Counted from the stretch's first letter, positions 1-12,170 are shown. The stretch is 55,685 bases of DNA from Eledone cirrhosa (GCA_964016885.1 CAXHJY010000953.1:1-55685), one strand, 5' to 3'. Notes: generated from the sequence alone by a model not told the origin. Translations and numbers: made by a program.

Positions 1-162
1 GAACACAAGGGTAAATTAGAGAACATAGAAATAAAAATAGAATCTACACACAGAAAAGACGCAATGTTTAGACAAATTACAGAGGCAATAAACATAAAAG
101 AATTACAACCAAAATTAAATAGAAAATATGAGTGGAACAGCAACATCACAACTTACAATTAA
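1..162 (+). mobile_element. 3' end of a Penelope-like element ORF (C-terminus of GIY-YIG endonuclease), cut by the window edge
   Basis: Frame +1 reads EHKGKLENIEIKIESTHRKDAMFRQITEAINIKELQPKLNRKYEWNSNITTYN*. The R-x-x-x-E-A-x-x-I ... LN pattern matches the GIY-YIG tail of the PLE at 53406 (RIKEALVIKNLRPPLN). It is followed by an HHR-bearing terminal region. Confidence 0.7.
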
Positions 163-595
163 GGACAAAATGAAAACACACATACGCACATAGAACAAAC
201 AACCAACCAGTAACATGTAAATAAACAAATAAATAAATGAACATAAACACACACAGACACCCGGATGTGGCGCATGCGCAGACTGAGCACAAAAATGGCG
301 TAGGACAGAACAAAGGAGAGGCACAGAAACAAAGAAAGGAATCCCCAGTCACTGAAGAGGTCACAGAGTGTGTGACGAAAGAACTATGACTATATATAAA
401 CAACTATCTGGTTGTGGAACCAACCAACCAACCAGAAATTTATAAATTTATAAATTTATTATAATAAATTGAAGTGAAAGCAACTGGTACGTGTGTTTCT
501 CATTGGCAACATGGCCCTCCCAAAGTATAACAATATCGGTTTCAACACACGATTTCAGATAAAGAATCTTGCTAAACAAATTCAGAAACGAAATA
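163..595 (+). mobile_element. PLE 3' terminal region (pLTR-like), family A
   Basis: Directly follows the GIY-YIG stop and contains an HHR. Bases ~288-595 recur at 40490-40825, 42865-43202, 45952-46289, inverted at 48095-48372, and diverged at 27395-27630. Confidence 0.65.
347..391 (+). ncRNA. Minimal type I hammerhead ribozyme (family A)
   Basis: AGTCA-CTGAAGA-G-GTCACA-gagtg-TGTGAC-GAAA-G-aa-C-TA-TGACT: 5-bp helix I, intact core, 6-bp helix II, minimal helix III, CUA cleavage triplet. Confidence 0.85.
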
Positions 596-789
596 TATAT
601 GGTATATTAACTATATTAACTTCCAAAATAACCATCTTGTGTTATTATTTTTTACTCTTTTCGCTGTATATACACACACATACATATATATATATAGGTT
701 TGATGCCAAGTATTTCACGGCTGGAATTAAAATAAGTGCTGCGAAAACTGAGACGCACGCTCTTCCAATGAAGCCTACGCCATGCACTC

Positions 790-1400
790 TACATGTGAAT
801 GTAGTTCCACTGAAGTAGGTGGAGATGTTCAGGTATCTCAGGGCGGTGATCAGGAGTGATGGCTGGCAGGAGGCTGAATTAAGTTTAAGAATTACAGGAG
901 CTGATGCAGTAATGCGCCCGCTTCAGCATTCGGTAATCAAAAGAAGGGAAGCAGATGTAGAAGCCAAACTCGCAATCTTCAATTCGGTATTAGTACCAAA
1001 CCCTTGCCTATGGTCATGAATTTGGGTAATGTGCGAAAGATTACGATCGCGAATACAAGCGACCAAAATGTGGTTCCTCCAAAGGTCCTCTGGTATAACC
1101 TTACTCGGTAGTGTGCGTAGCTTGGCGATCAGAGAATCTCTCCAGTTAGAGCCACGACTTCTCTCCAAATTGAGAGATCACAACTCCGGCACTATGGACT
1201 AGAATGTCTCAGGAAAGAATCGCTGGACAGATTTTACTGACAAAACCAACCGACAGGAGACCCATGGGTAAACCACGAGCAAGATGGTTGGATAATATCC
1301 ATGAGCTTGGCTGGTCTTGCTTGGGCATCGGGCCGGATCCGTTGGAAACGCTTGTTTCTGGCAGGATCCGCTGGAAGGAGTGTTTTGAGAACTCTGCGCT
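790..1400 (+). pseudogene. Degenerate RTE-type LINE 3' RT fragment
   Basis: Frameshifted segments VEMFRYLRAVIRSDG..ELSLRI, KLAIFNSVLVP, RSRIQATKMWFLQR and RRPMGKPRARWLDNI are typical of the RTE RT thumb and C-terminus. Confidence 0.75.
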
Positions 1401-1434
1401 CACGGCCCTCTCGGGAATAAGAGGGAGATGAAGA

Positions 1435-1481
<47 letters not shown>

Positions 1482-2772
1482 TATTGTATATATATATATA
1501 AGAGTGAGAGAGAGAAGGAAAGAGAGAGGGGAGAGAGGGAGAGAGTGTGTGTGTGTGTGTGTGAGATGGAAAAGACTTGCATGGGGCGGTACAGACGTTT
1601 GTGAGATGACACGAACGACGATAATGAAACTGGCCGTACAATAAACTTCTCTTTATTCTATCTTGAATTGAAACTTATATATGCATTAGTTACCTACCTT
1701 GCAGTTTAGTACAATTTACTTTCTGTGCGTGCTCTGAGTAAATTCTCTTATCTCTATGGCTTTGCCATATTCTAATCTATTTTATTTTATTTTTTAAAGT
1801 TTATAATACTTATTCTCTTCTATCAATCTCATTGCCTTCTTAAGTTTATTAGGGTGTCTTTTATTACTTTTTTTTTAACTTAATTACATTCACTGATCTT
1901 AATATAAACTAATGTTATTATCCTTGATAGTGTCTAATTTAAAATAATGTAATTTGTTTCCTCGTTTCTTTATCTGATTAGTAAGCATGGAGTATTTAGT
2001 AAGAATGAACTTATATTGGAATAGAAACACTTTATAAGTCTTTATTGAAAATATCTTCTAAAGAGTCTTATCTATGTTCATTATATCCGATTAAAACTTA
2101 AGCAAGGGTGAATTAATCACAATTATATGTTATAGAGGTCATTAACAATTTTTTTATGTATATCATAAAAAATTGTAAATGACCTCCAGCATATTTATCA
2201 AATATATTTTCTTCTTGGTGATTAATTATAAGTTTATATAACTTTTAATATTTATATTTCTACGCTGCAACAAAACTTTAAATAAAATATATTCAGGTAG
2301 GATTTTTTTCCATATGGACTTGTGAATACGAATGTATATATAGCGTTCTTCCGTGGCTAACTGGGCCGAATGAAAGAGATTTAATGAAATTTGAAGCAAT
2401 GACTATGTTGACCCCATACTGTATAAGTATATAAGTGATTGTAAGGAGAGGTTTTTTTAAATATATTGAACATTCTCAATTTTAATTAATATAATACTCA
2501 TATAATATATATGTAGATAATTTATATAAGACTGAACGTGTGTGTTTAAGTTTGAATAACGTCATCATTTCTCAAAGAATCATGCCAAAATTTGGCACCG
2601 TAATCCAGATCTCTTCCGGAATAATTTATATACAAAATCCGGTTCCAGCTTTCACTTTTCTAAAACTGAGTAGATTCAGAATGGAGATGTAGAATGACTA
2701 AAAGTTGTAATGTATTGTGAGTAAGAGAAAAAAGAAAAGGATATATATATATATATAATATATATATATATA

Positions 2773-4036
2773 TACTATCTGGCCCGTCCGGCTGGCGACC
2801 GGCTTTGTATACCTGCCCCCATCACTCCACTGCAAAGATACCACCCACCCTCCCGTGTCACATTGTCCTTACCGACACTCTCTATGAATAACTAACATTT
2901 TTAATTGTACCTCTCTCTGTCTAACTGCCTATCTCTCTCTTCTTTCCCCTCCCCTCTGTTTTCTGTCATTCTCTGTGGATGTGTGTGCGTAGTTTTCCTA
3001 ATCTATCACTAAATCTTTCTCTTTCTCTCTCTCTAAAGGGAGATACGGAAACTAAAACTGTTATCATGTAGAGAGTGAAGAGCAAGAGAGAGAGTAAAGC
3101 AGTTAAATTATAGGGGGAGGGATGATCTTACATACATACATTCATACATACATACAAAGTATAGATGTGCGTGGGTGTGTGCGTGTGTGTGACTTATGCG
3201 AGCGGCGACAGGAAAAGTGTCTGGGATATATACATTATTATATTTGTCTGTATTTTCCTTCTGCAACGATTATATTATGATATTTGTATCCAAATGATTT
3301 TAGATGTATGTATTACCTTGCTTGCCCGTCCCTCTGTTTCTCTTTACTTGTCTCTCTCTCCTCTCTCTCCTCTCTCTATCTCTCTCTCTTTAGATATGTA
3401 TGTGTGTGTGTGTGTATAGTTTTCCTAATCTGTCTCTTTCACTCTCTGTCTCTCTAAGGAGGATTGCCTTTTTGATGTAGTGTATTACCTTCTTGTGTGT
3501 TGACCGAATTTGAAAGAGGTTATCCTTTTGAAATAGACATACATACGACGCTCATCTCTATGTTGATATATGAGATAAATAATGGGATTGATGAGTTAAT
3601 ATCTGTATACAACAACTACAACGGTACGTGATGGGGCCCACCCACAGCCCCGGCGGACAGAATGGAGAAGGCGTTTCCCCAGAGGACGGCAAGGGAGACG
3701 CGCTGGAAAAGCCACTCCAACTCGCGGGGGCTCACACCTGCGGATGGCCAGCTCAGCACCTATGGTGGTGAGTAAGGAGGTAGCCCTGGGGCCGAGGACA
3801 CCAGAAATCTCCATTGCCAGGGGTACGACCGCAAACCTGTCTGAGAGCGACCGGTATTTGAGGAGTTTGGCCCCCTCAGCCCGACATGCAGCAGGAACCT
3901 GGGTATATATTGATATATTGAAGATAGATACGGAAAGTAAAAGAGTGTTGTCATATTGGAGAGTGAAGCGAGACAGAGAGTAAATCAGTTAAATTATAGA
4001 GAGGGAGGGAGAGGGAGAGAGAGTGAGAGTGAGAGT

Positions 4037-4091
<55 letters not shown>

Positions 4092-4290
4092 GACGCTCAG
4101 TTTTATAATATTAGAGAGTGAAGAGCGACAGAGAGAGTAAAGAAGTTAAATTATAGAGAGGGGGTATGATCTATTATATATAGAGAGAAGAGTGACGGGA
4201 GAGAGTAAAGCTAAGAAACTATAGGGAGGTGTGTAGGGATACATACATAATACATACACACGAGACTCAGCTTTATAATATTATAGATAT
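2773..4290. mobile_element. Possible non-autonomous Helitron/Helentron-like element(s)
   Basis: Starts TACTATCTGGCCCGTCCGGCTGGCGACCGG (GC-rich sub-terminal hairpin) and ends CTCAGCTTTATAATATTATAGAT. Internal repeats of agagtgaagagc(g/a)a.agagagagtaaa.cagttaaattatag. Similarity to such termini is from recall only. Confidence 0.3.
3620..3902 (-). pseudogene. C-terminal relic of a restriction-like-endonuclease non-LTR element (CRE-like)
   Basis: GC-rich island. Minus strand reads AACRAEGAKLLKYRSLSDRFAVVPLAMEISGVLGPRATSLL...RC[fs]RELEWLFQRVSLAVLWGNA, resembling the E..K..KY / P.A.E..G..G / QR.S.A..RGNA tail of CRE-clade elements. Confidence 0.6.
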
Positions 4291-4434
4291 AACGTTCTCT
4301 GTCATTGTTTCAATTGGCATAATCATCTTCAATCGTATTTACGTGGGGTGTATATATATATATATACATATATGTAGATACATATTATGTAAAAATGAAT
4401 AAAAACAAAGAAACAGTTTTTATATTAAACAATT

Positions 4435-4568
4435 CATCATGTTACGATCGTTTCTAGGATATATATGTGTGTTGGTATGTATATCATATAGATCTATGTA
4501 AAGATTTTACAAACTATCAGAGGGAATATACATACCTACACATATATATGCTGTCATCAGATATAATG
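4435..4568 (-). ncRNA. Hammerhead ribozyme with ~99-nt helix II (family B)
   Basis: CATTATAT-CTGATGA-[cagcATATATATGTGT.GGTATGTATAT...ATATACATACC.ACACATATATATccta]-GAAA-CGATCG-TA-ACATGATG. Confidence 0.65.
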
Positions 4569-5904
4569 CTATTTGTTTATTGAAAAAAAACAACAAAGAT
4601 TTAATATAATAGGTCTGTTTGGGAACAGGTTTTGAATTGACCAATAGAAAAGTAGTAAGTGGTCAAGTTGATAGAATAGTAGTAGTAGAAATTTAATGTA
4701 GGGGTAGAGGAATGCAGACTTAAGTTTGAATGGAAAGAATACTTTGAATGAAAGGATTACTATGGGGATGAAAAGAGGTCAAGCCGATGAAGGGTATACG
4801 AAAATTTGATGTTATTAAAGAATAATGCTAATGTTAAAATCGAAGGATAATAAAAATTTTAGGGTAAATGTGTTAGTGAGAAATATCAATCTTATTTAAA
4901 ACACAAGGAATTTAGATCTATAACAAGAAATTAAATTTATTTAATTGATAGGTATACTTATAGGGATAAATGTATATTTATCCATATAGATGTGATAAAT
5001 AAGAGTTATATGTTATTAAAGAATTTTGTTAAAAACGAAGGAAAAAAATAACCGATATGCATGTAGATTATGTTCCCAGGAACTTTTTGAAATAATGAAA
5101 TCTAAAGATATCCTATTAAATAAGCGACAAGCATTAATTATATCGTGCAATCATAGAATTAGAAGAACTTTCAAATATTATTAAACCTAATTAATATACA
5201 CCTTACACTTTACAAATTATTATAATAAATTTTTTAATTTAGTTAACCTATAATTACTATTTTACTACTGAGAACTTCATAATGTTATTTCCCTTTTACA
5301 GCTCTCTTTTCCTAAAATTGATACATATAAGTATACATATAAACTATTTTAATTTCCTGTTATCAATCTAAATTCCTTGTAGTCTATATAAGTTTGTTAT
5401 TTCTCACTAATACATTGTCCCCCAAAAAATGTTTCCTTTGTTTTTAACAACATTCTTTAATAACATCTAACTCTTATTTATCACATCTATATGAATAAAT
5501 ATACATTTATCCCTATAAGTATACCTATCAATTAAATTAATTTAATTTCTTGTTATAGATCTAAATTCCTTGTTTTAAATAAGATTGATATTTTCCACTA
5601 ACACATTTACCCTAAAATGTTATTATCCTTCGATTTTAACATTAGCTTTATTCTTTAATAACATCAAATTTTCGTGTACCTTTCACCAGCTTGACCTCTT
5701 TTCATCCCCAAAGTAATCCTTTCATTCAAAGTATTCTTTCCATTCAAAACTTATGTCTGCATTCCTCTACCCCTACATTAAATTTCTACTACTACTATTC
5801 TACCAATTTGACCACTTACTACTTTTCTATTGGTCAATTCAAAACCTGTTCCCAAACAGACCTATTATATTTAATGTTTGTTGTTTTTTTTCAATAAACA
5901 AATA

Positions 5905-6042
5905 TCATTATTTCTGGAGACAGCATATATATGTGTAGGTATGTATATTCTCTCTGATAGCTTGTAAAATATTTACATAGATCTATATGATATACATACC
6001 AACACACACATATATATCCTAGAAACGATCGTAAAATGATGA
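5905..6042 (+). ncRNA. Family B hammerhead copy with mutated core (CTGGAGA)
   Basis: TCATTATTT/AAATGATGA helix I, long helix II, GAAA-CGATCG-TA. The A6>G core change probably inactivates it. Confidence 0.55.
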
Positions 6043-6084
6043 ATTTTTTAATATAAGGAACTGTTTGTTTTTAGTCATTGTTTT

Positions 6085-6146
<62 letters not shown>

Positions 6147-6160
6147 TTTTAATATAGATG

Positions 6161-6211
6161 AGATTCTACAGTACTAGAACTGTTTCATTCTTTAGAAATC
6201 ATCAGGAATCT
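6161..6211 (-). ncRNA. Type I hammerhead ribozyme (family C)
   Basis: AGATTC-CTGATGA-tTTCtaaaGAAt-GAAA-CAG-ttctagta-CTG-TA-GAATCT: 6-bp helix I, real helix III, GUA triplet, weak helix II. Confidence 0.7.
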
Positions 6212-6888
6212 GGCTTTCCAAAAATAAATGTTGTGGTATTTATATCTTTTCGGGTGGTAGGTGAGAGTGGGGAGTGGGATGGTTGGAGGTCATTAGTTGA
6301 CAGAAAAGGCAATTCATTAAAAGCTAATTCTTTAAGGCTATAATTTATATTTAGAGTGACAAAGGCAGAAAGAATTCTATAAACAAGTTCAGAATGGGGT
6401 GCCACTTCTTATTTTTAAGTTAGGTGTCTATAAGTTGATTGGGGGTCGGTCTGGCCTTTGTTACTCTAAGTAGAGCTTTAAAGAATTAGCTTTTAAAGAA
6501 TCTCCCTTTTCTTAAAATCCATCAACCATGACCAACCCCCAACTATGGTTGCGGGTTGGTTGGCGGTCGGTTATGGATGATGGATTTAAAGAAAAGGGAG
6601 ATTCTTTAAAAGCTAATTCTTTAAAGGTCTACTTAGAGTAACAAAGACCTGAAATATAGGCATTGTTAGCTTAAGAGAAACTTAAAAATAAGGAGTGGCA
6701 CCCCATTCTGAACTTGTTTATAGAATTCTTTCTGCCTTTGTCACTCTAAATATAAATTATAGCCTTAAAGAATTAGCTTTTAATGAATTCCCTTTTCTGT
6801 CAACCAATGACCTCCACCCATCCCACTCCCCACCCTCTCCTACCACCTGAAAAGATATAAATACCACAACATTTATTTACGGAAAGCC

Positions 6889-6939
6889 AGATTCCTGATG
6901 ATTTCTAAAAAATGAAACAGATCTAGTCCTGTAGAATCT
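6889..6939 (+). ncRNA. Family C hammerhead, second arm copy
   Basis: AGATTC-CTGATGA-tttctaaaaaat-GAAA-CAG-atctagtc-CTG-TA-GAATCT. Helix II is further weakened. Confidence 0.6.
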
Positions 6940-7024
6940 CATCTATATTAAAACTTTTATACTCTGCTATGCATTGAGTACCTTACTTACTGTGGTTACC
7001 TCCGATTCAACCCGGAATAACTCA

Positions 7025-7065
<41 letters not shown>

Positions 7066-7515
7066 ACTTTTCAATCTGTTTAGCACTTCATTTCGAAATA
7101 TATTTCATCAGATGAAACTTTATCCCATCATATACTACTTCAGTGTGTTTCAGATGAGAGGCAAGTTCCTCATAACCACTTAGAGCACTTAGAGAAGCCA
7201 TGAATCCACCACATTTTGACTATCTAGTGTTACTGCATCAGCTGAACCTCAAACTATCTACCATCCTCTTAATATACAAATACACAGGGATAGGATATAC
7301 TTATCATCAAGACTCGGAATAAACAAATAACAGTACTGACAAGAAGCCTAAAATTAGTTGTTTTTTTGTGTTTTTTTGCTTTTTTTTGTATTGTTTTTTA
7401 TTGTTTGTTTATTTGTTTGTTTCTTTTTATTTTTGTTTTAATTTGTAAAATGATATCTTCACAACAGCAGCGCAGAACCAGAGCTACTAAACGTGATGCT
7501 ATTAATACATTATAT

Positions 7516-7700
7516 ATTGGCAGTATCAGTAGAGGGTCGGACGCCATGCTTTGACGCATTGAGTTACCGCCCTTGCCATTCTGAGTTCGAATCCCGTCGA
7601 GGATAACTTTGCCTTTCATCCTTACGGGGTCGATAAAATAAAGTACCAGTAATGCACTGGGTAATTGATGGCCTTGTGCCAACAGTAGAAACAATTATTA
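7516..7700 (+). mobile_element. tRNA-derived SINE (family 1)
   Basis: A-box-like TTGGCAGTATCAGTAG, B-box GAGTTCGAATCCC, body ctttgcctttcatccttacggggtcgataaaataaagtaccag. Other copies at 10342, 14645, 17790 and 18113. Confidence 0.85.
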
Positions 7701-7709
7701 ATATATAAT

Positions 7710-8030
7710 GTGAAGACGGGTGACTTAATGGTAAGGGGTGTTTGGCTTACGATCTTATCTTATTATGATCGCAAGTCCTTATTCCCGGCGGCGTGTTGTG
7801 TCCTTGAGCAAGACACTTTATTTCCCATTGTTCCACTACATTAAACAGACAAAAATGAGTTGTACTTGTAATTTCCAATGAACAGCCTTGTTACACACCA
7901 TATTGCTGTGATATCTTTGAGATCTGCTTTAAAGTGACGTGTTCGAGAAATGCTCAGTAGGCTGTCCCGTTGTTCGAACAAATGGAACGCTCGTCCTCGG
8001 AACCGACGGAGGTCCAACACACACATCAAA
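7710..8030 (+). mobile_element. Second tRNA-derived SINE family (degenerate)
   Basis: tRNA-like head (gtgacttaatggtaagg...) followed by gttgtgtccttgagcaagacactttatttc. Related copy at ~24890-25125. Confidence 0.55.
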
Positions 8031-8069
8031 TAATAAAATAAAATAATACGCCATTCTGTTTGAGTATAT

Positions 8070-8175
8070 AGAAGAAGAAGAAGAAAAAGAAGAAGAAAAA
8101 GAAGAAGAAAAAGAAGAAGAAAAGAAGAAAATAAGAAAAGAAGAAAAGAAGAAAAAGAAGAAGAAGAAGAAGAAG
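8070..8175. repeat. (GAA)n/(GAAAAA)n purine tract
   Basis: Directly visible. Confidence 0.95.
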
Positions 8176-8384
8176 TTTCGTGTATTTGTGTTTTTATTGT
8201 GTATCGACCTGTTAGACTCGTTTCGCAGAGGATTGGCTCAAGCTTCCTCGTGGAAGTTAAGGACCCGCACCAGTATTGTCAGTCTGGTGATTCAACAAAA
8301 ATATATATATTTACACACACGCGCACACGCCTCTTCATTGATATAGTCTTTATTCAGTTTTATATAATATGTATCTACGTATGC

Positions 8385-8458
<74 letters not shown>

Positions 8459-8672
8459 ATACCACGTAAATACGATTGAAGATGAGTATGCCAATGAAAC
8501 AATGACAAAGAAGGTTATATTAATTACTAGCAGAATTGCCCAGCGTTGCTCGGGATTTGCTCTAGGGTTCTTATATATTTGATATATATTTATCCTTATC
8601 CAGCCTCGTGAAATAAATACGTTTGTTTGTATTTTGTTATTGTGTATGCAAAAATATCTGTACACGAATATA

Positions 8673-8699
<27 letters not shown>

Positions 8700-8703
<4 letters not shown>

Positions 8704-9078
8704 TTACTTCTGCGTTCACAGATTGATTTTTTTAGTTTCAGAAGATCCCATGAAGGTTGAAAGCAGCGATTATTTGCGTAAACATTAATATGTACAGTTA
8801 TTTTTGCATACACAAAAAAAACAAAATATAAACAAACAAGGCTGGCGATTGCATAATCACATGCATCACTGACAGATATGTTTGAGTACACAAAAACAAA
8901 ATACAAACATACAAGGCCAACGATTACATCAGTTAGTCTTAGTGTACTTCATACTGCTTTTAGGTAGAAGATCCCGTTAAGAGTGGAAGCAGCGATTCAT
9001 TTTCTGCGTTCACAGATTAATTTTTATAGTTTCAGAAGATCCCGTTAAGAAGATCCTTGCTTAAACTTTAATCTGTTA

Positions 9079-9152
<74 letters not shown>

Positions 9153-9531
9153 TAACAGATTAAAGTTTAAGCAAGGATCTTCTTAACGGGATCTTCTGAA
9201 ACTATAAAAATTAATCTGTGAACGCAGAAAATGAATCGCTGCTTCCACTCTTAACGGGATCTTCTACCTAAAAGCAGTATGAAGTACACTAAGACTAACT
9301 GATGTAATCGTTGGCCTTGTATGTTTGTATTTTGTTTTTGTGTACTCAAACATATCTGTCAGTGATGCATGTGATTATGCAATCGCCAGCCTTGTTTGTT
9401 TATATTTTGTTTTTTTTGTGTATGCAAAAATAACTGTACATATTAATGTTTACGCAAATAATCGCTGCTTTCAACCTTCATGGGATCTTCTGAAACTAAA
9501 AAAATCAATCTGTGAACGCAGAAGTAAATAT
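8700..9531. repeat. ~830-bp apparently perfect palindrome centred on (TA)n
   Basis: Arms 8700-9084 and 9147-9531 are reverse complements. ORFs 8676-8906(-) and 9325-9585(+) translate identically up to the arm end. The central (TA)n is itself self-complementary. Confidence 0.95.
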
Positions 9532-9901
9532 TTTGAAAAACGTTGCAACCGAAGGAAAACAGGAAGACGATACTTTGGTTCGTGAAGACGTTCCCTGGCA
9601 TAAGAATATATATATATACACAAACACTATATATACATATATACTCACACACACACTGATCGCGTCATAATGTAGTAATGCAGACAGCCAGGGATACAGA
9701 CAGATATTATGAAGGCGCGACGTCATATCTATGTATCTATCTAAAAAGAGAAAGAGAAAGATATCGCTAAATCGCCTAATGCGAAAGTTTCTTTGCTCAG
9801 AACACTCAATAGGGCCCTAAGTATTACATGTGTAAAGTTTGAAAATAAACGGTTGGGTAGTTCTCGAGTTTTAGGGAAAAAGATACACATACATTCTTTG
9901 T

Positions 9902-9980
<79 letters not shown>

Positions 9981-10071
9981 GATGGCAACATAAATGGACC
10001 TGTTATTTTTATCTAAATACATTTGTTCCAATTCCACGCCGCTCATCCCTTCAATCTATTGAATTTCTCAT

Positions 10072-10107
10072 TCTTCTGATGAAGGACTAGCGTCTGAAAC
10101 GTTAAGA
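10072..10107 (+). ncRNA. Minimal type I hammerhead (family D)
   Basis: TCTT-CTGATGA-A-GGAC-tagc-GTCT-GAAA-CG-TT-AAGA. Palindromic AACGTT in place of helix III, as in PLE-type minimal HHRs. Confidence 0.7.
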
Positions 10108-10341
10108 CCCTCTTCCTGTTATTTCAAACTAATATAATCCTTCCATATGCTGTACCGATTGTGTGTTATTTTTGTTTACCTTTTAAATACATATATACAA
10201 ACAAACAAACACAACACATATAACTTCTCGCGTAACATTCCCCCAACATTGAAATAAAGGTAAAGGAATACAGTAAAAATGCTCTAAACATGAGCCAAAA
10301 CACGACATACAATTACACAATTTCAATGGCAAAGTAATAAT

Positions 10342-10530
10342 TGTTTCTACTTTTGGCACAAGGCCAGCAAATTACCCAGTGCATTACTGGTACTTTATTT
10401 TATCGACCCCGTAAGGATGAAAGCAAAGTCAACCTCGACGGGATTTGAACTCAGACCGTAAAGGGACGAAACTATGCTAGAAAGCATGGCGTCCAACCCT
10501 TTACCGATACTGCCAATTCACCACCCTCAA
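10342..10530 (-). mobile_element. tRNA-derived SINE (family 1) with 19-bp TSD tcaatggcaaagtaataat (10323-10341 and 11815-11833)
   Basis: Same body as 7516. B-box reverse complement ggatttgaactc. The TSD brackets the SINE plus the minisatellite. Confidence 0.85.
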
Positions 10531-11822
10531 TAGCGTCCGACCCTCTACCGATACTGCCAATTCACCGCCCTCAATAGCGTCAGACCCTCTACCGATACTG
10601 CCAATTCACCACCCTCAATGGCGTCCTACCCTCTACCGATACTGCCAATCCACCGCCCTAGCATGGCGTCAGACCCTCTACCGATACTGCCAATTCACCA
10701 CCGTCAATGGCGTCCGACCCTCTACCGATACTGCCAATTCACCGCCCTAGCATGGCGTCAGACCCTCTACCGATACTGCCAATCCACCGCCCTAGCATGG
10801 CGTCAGACCCTCTACCGATACTGCCAATTCACCGCCCTCAATGGCGTCCGACCCTCTACCGATACTGCCAATTCACCGCCCTAGCATGGCGTCCGACCCT
10901 CTACCGATACTGCCAATTCACCGCCTTCAATGGCGTCCGACCCTCTACCGATACTGCCAATTCACCGTCCTAGCATGGCGTCAGACCCTCTACCGATACT
11001 GCCAATTCACCACCGTCAATGGCGTCCGACCCTCTACCGATACTGCCAATTCACCGTCCTAGCATGGCGTCCGACCCTCTACCGATACTGCCAATTCACC
11101 GTCCTAGCATGGCGTCCGACCCTCTACCGATACTGCCAATTCACCGCCGTAGCATGGCGTCAGACCCTCTACCGATACTGCCAATTCACCGCCCTCAATA
11201 GCGTCTGACCCTCTACCGATACTGCCAATTCACCGCCCTCAATGGCGTCCATCCCTCTACCGATACTGCCAATTCACCGCCCTCAATGGCGTCCATCCCT
11301 CTACCGATACTGCCAATTCACCGCCCTCAATGGCGTCCATCCCTCTACGGATACTGCCAATTCACCGTCCTAGCATGGCGTCCGACCCTCTACCGATACT
11401 GCCAATTCACCGCCCTCAATGGCGTCCGACCCTCTACCGATACTGCCAATTCACCGCCCTAGCATGGCGTCCGACCCTCTACCGATACTGCCAATTCACC
11501 GTCCTAGCATGGCGTCCGACCCTCTACCGATACTGCCAATTCACCGCCGTAGCATGGCGTCAGACCCTCTACCGATACTGCCAATTCACCGCCCTCAATA
11601 GCGTCCGACCCTCTACCGATACTGCCAATTCACCGCCCTCAATGGCGTCCATCCCTCTACCGATACTGCCAATTCACCGCCCTCAATGGCGTCCATCCCT
11701 CTACCGATACTGCCAATTCACCGCCCTCAATGGCGTCCATCCCTCTACGGATACTGACAATTCACCGCCCTCAATGGCGTCCATCCCTCTACGGATACTG
11801 ACAATTCACCGCCCTCAATGGC
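10485..11822. repeat. 44/45-bp minisatellite, about 30 units
   Basis: Unit ggcgtccgaccctctaccgatactgccaattcaccgccct followed by caat or agcat. Confidence 0.97.
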
Positions 11823-11969
11823 AAAGTAATAATGAACATAAAGCGATGATACACGAGACTTTCCCTAGATGCTAGGCAGTTTGGTCCTACACTGGCACCT
11901 ACAGATTTCAAAGTAAACTTCTTAAGCATGCGCCAATACTGCTCCCACTTCGAAACCCCTACTACATAG

Positions 11970-12170
11970 TAAACCATGTATTCCGAGATATTTGAACACA
12001 TTCTCTCAAACATTGAACTAGCTTTCGATACAGGATTATTGATTTCTCTCAACGTGTTGCTGTCTTTAGCTATACAGCCGACATATGTATATTTACCTAC
12101 GGATTTACGAGATTGTTCATTGCAAGTCAATGGACTAAAATACGACTAAAACAAGACTAGGCGCATTACT
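11970..12170 (-). pseudogene. Degenerate RTE-like RT fragment
   Basis: YTYVGCIAKDSNTLREINNPVSKASSMFERM aligns by eye with FVYLGSAVNRYSNLDSEISLRIRKASDAFGKL of the RTE at 19510. Confidence 0.55.

Larger units (their letters stand above)
4388..6088. repeat. Large diverged inverted repeat (arms ~4388-5045 and ~5432-6088, spacer ~390 bp)
   Basis: For example ggtctgtttgggaacaggttttgaattgaccaatagaaaagtagtaagtggtcaa (left) has its reverse complement in the right arm. Each outer end carries a long-helix-II HHR. Confidence 0.9.
6146..6954. repeat. Nested inverted repeat (outer arms 6146-6421 and 6679-6954; inner arms ~6456-6545 and ~6555-6647)
   Basis: Arms are reverse-complementary on inspection (gttttaatatagatgagattctaca ... 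tgtagaatctcatctatattaaaac). The inner arms are a related variant (aagaattagctttta). Confidence 0.9.

Noticed and set aside
1640-2330. AT-rich segment as a decayed PLE RT on the minus strand
   Set aside because: Too many stops and no unambiguous motif by eye. It would need a tBLASTn/HMM search.
7085-7120. CTGATGA...GAAA on the minus strand as a hammerhead
   Set aside because: No credible helix II, NUH or helix I.
7516-7600. tRNA gene
   Set aside because: A/B-box-like motifs are present but spaced too widely, with no cloverleaf, and they continue into a SINE body.
8525-8556. Helitron-like terminus (actagcagaattgcccagcgttgctcggg)
   Set aside because: Only ~30 bp with no matching other end identified.
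8735-9055. Repeated (C/T)AGAAGATCCC...GAA motifs as hammerheads
   Set aside because: Core altered (CAGAAGA) and helices I and III do not pair. At most remote relics.
10485-11875. CRISPR-like regular array, or repetitive ORFs (MASDPLPILPIHRP)
   Set aside because: No unique spacers and no cas genes, and the context is eukaryotic. It is a SINE-derived tandem repeat.
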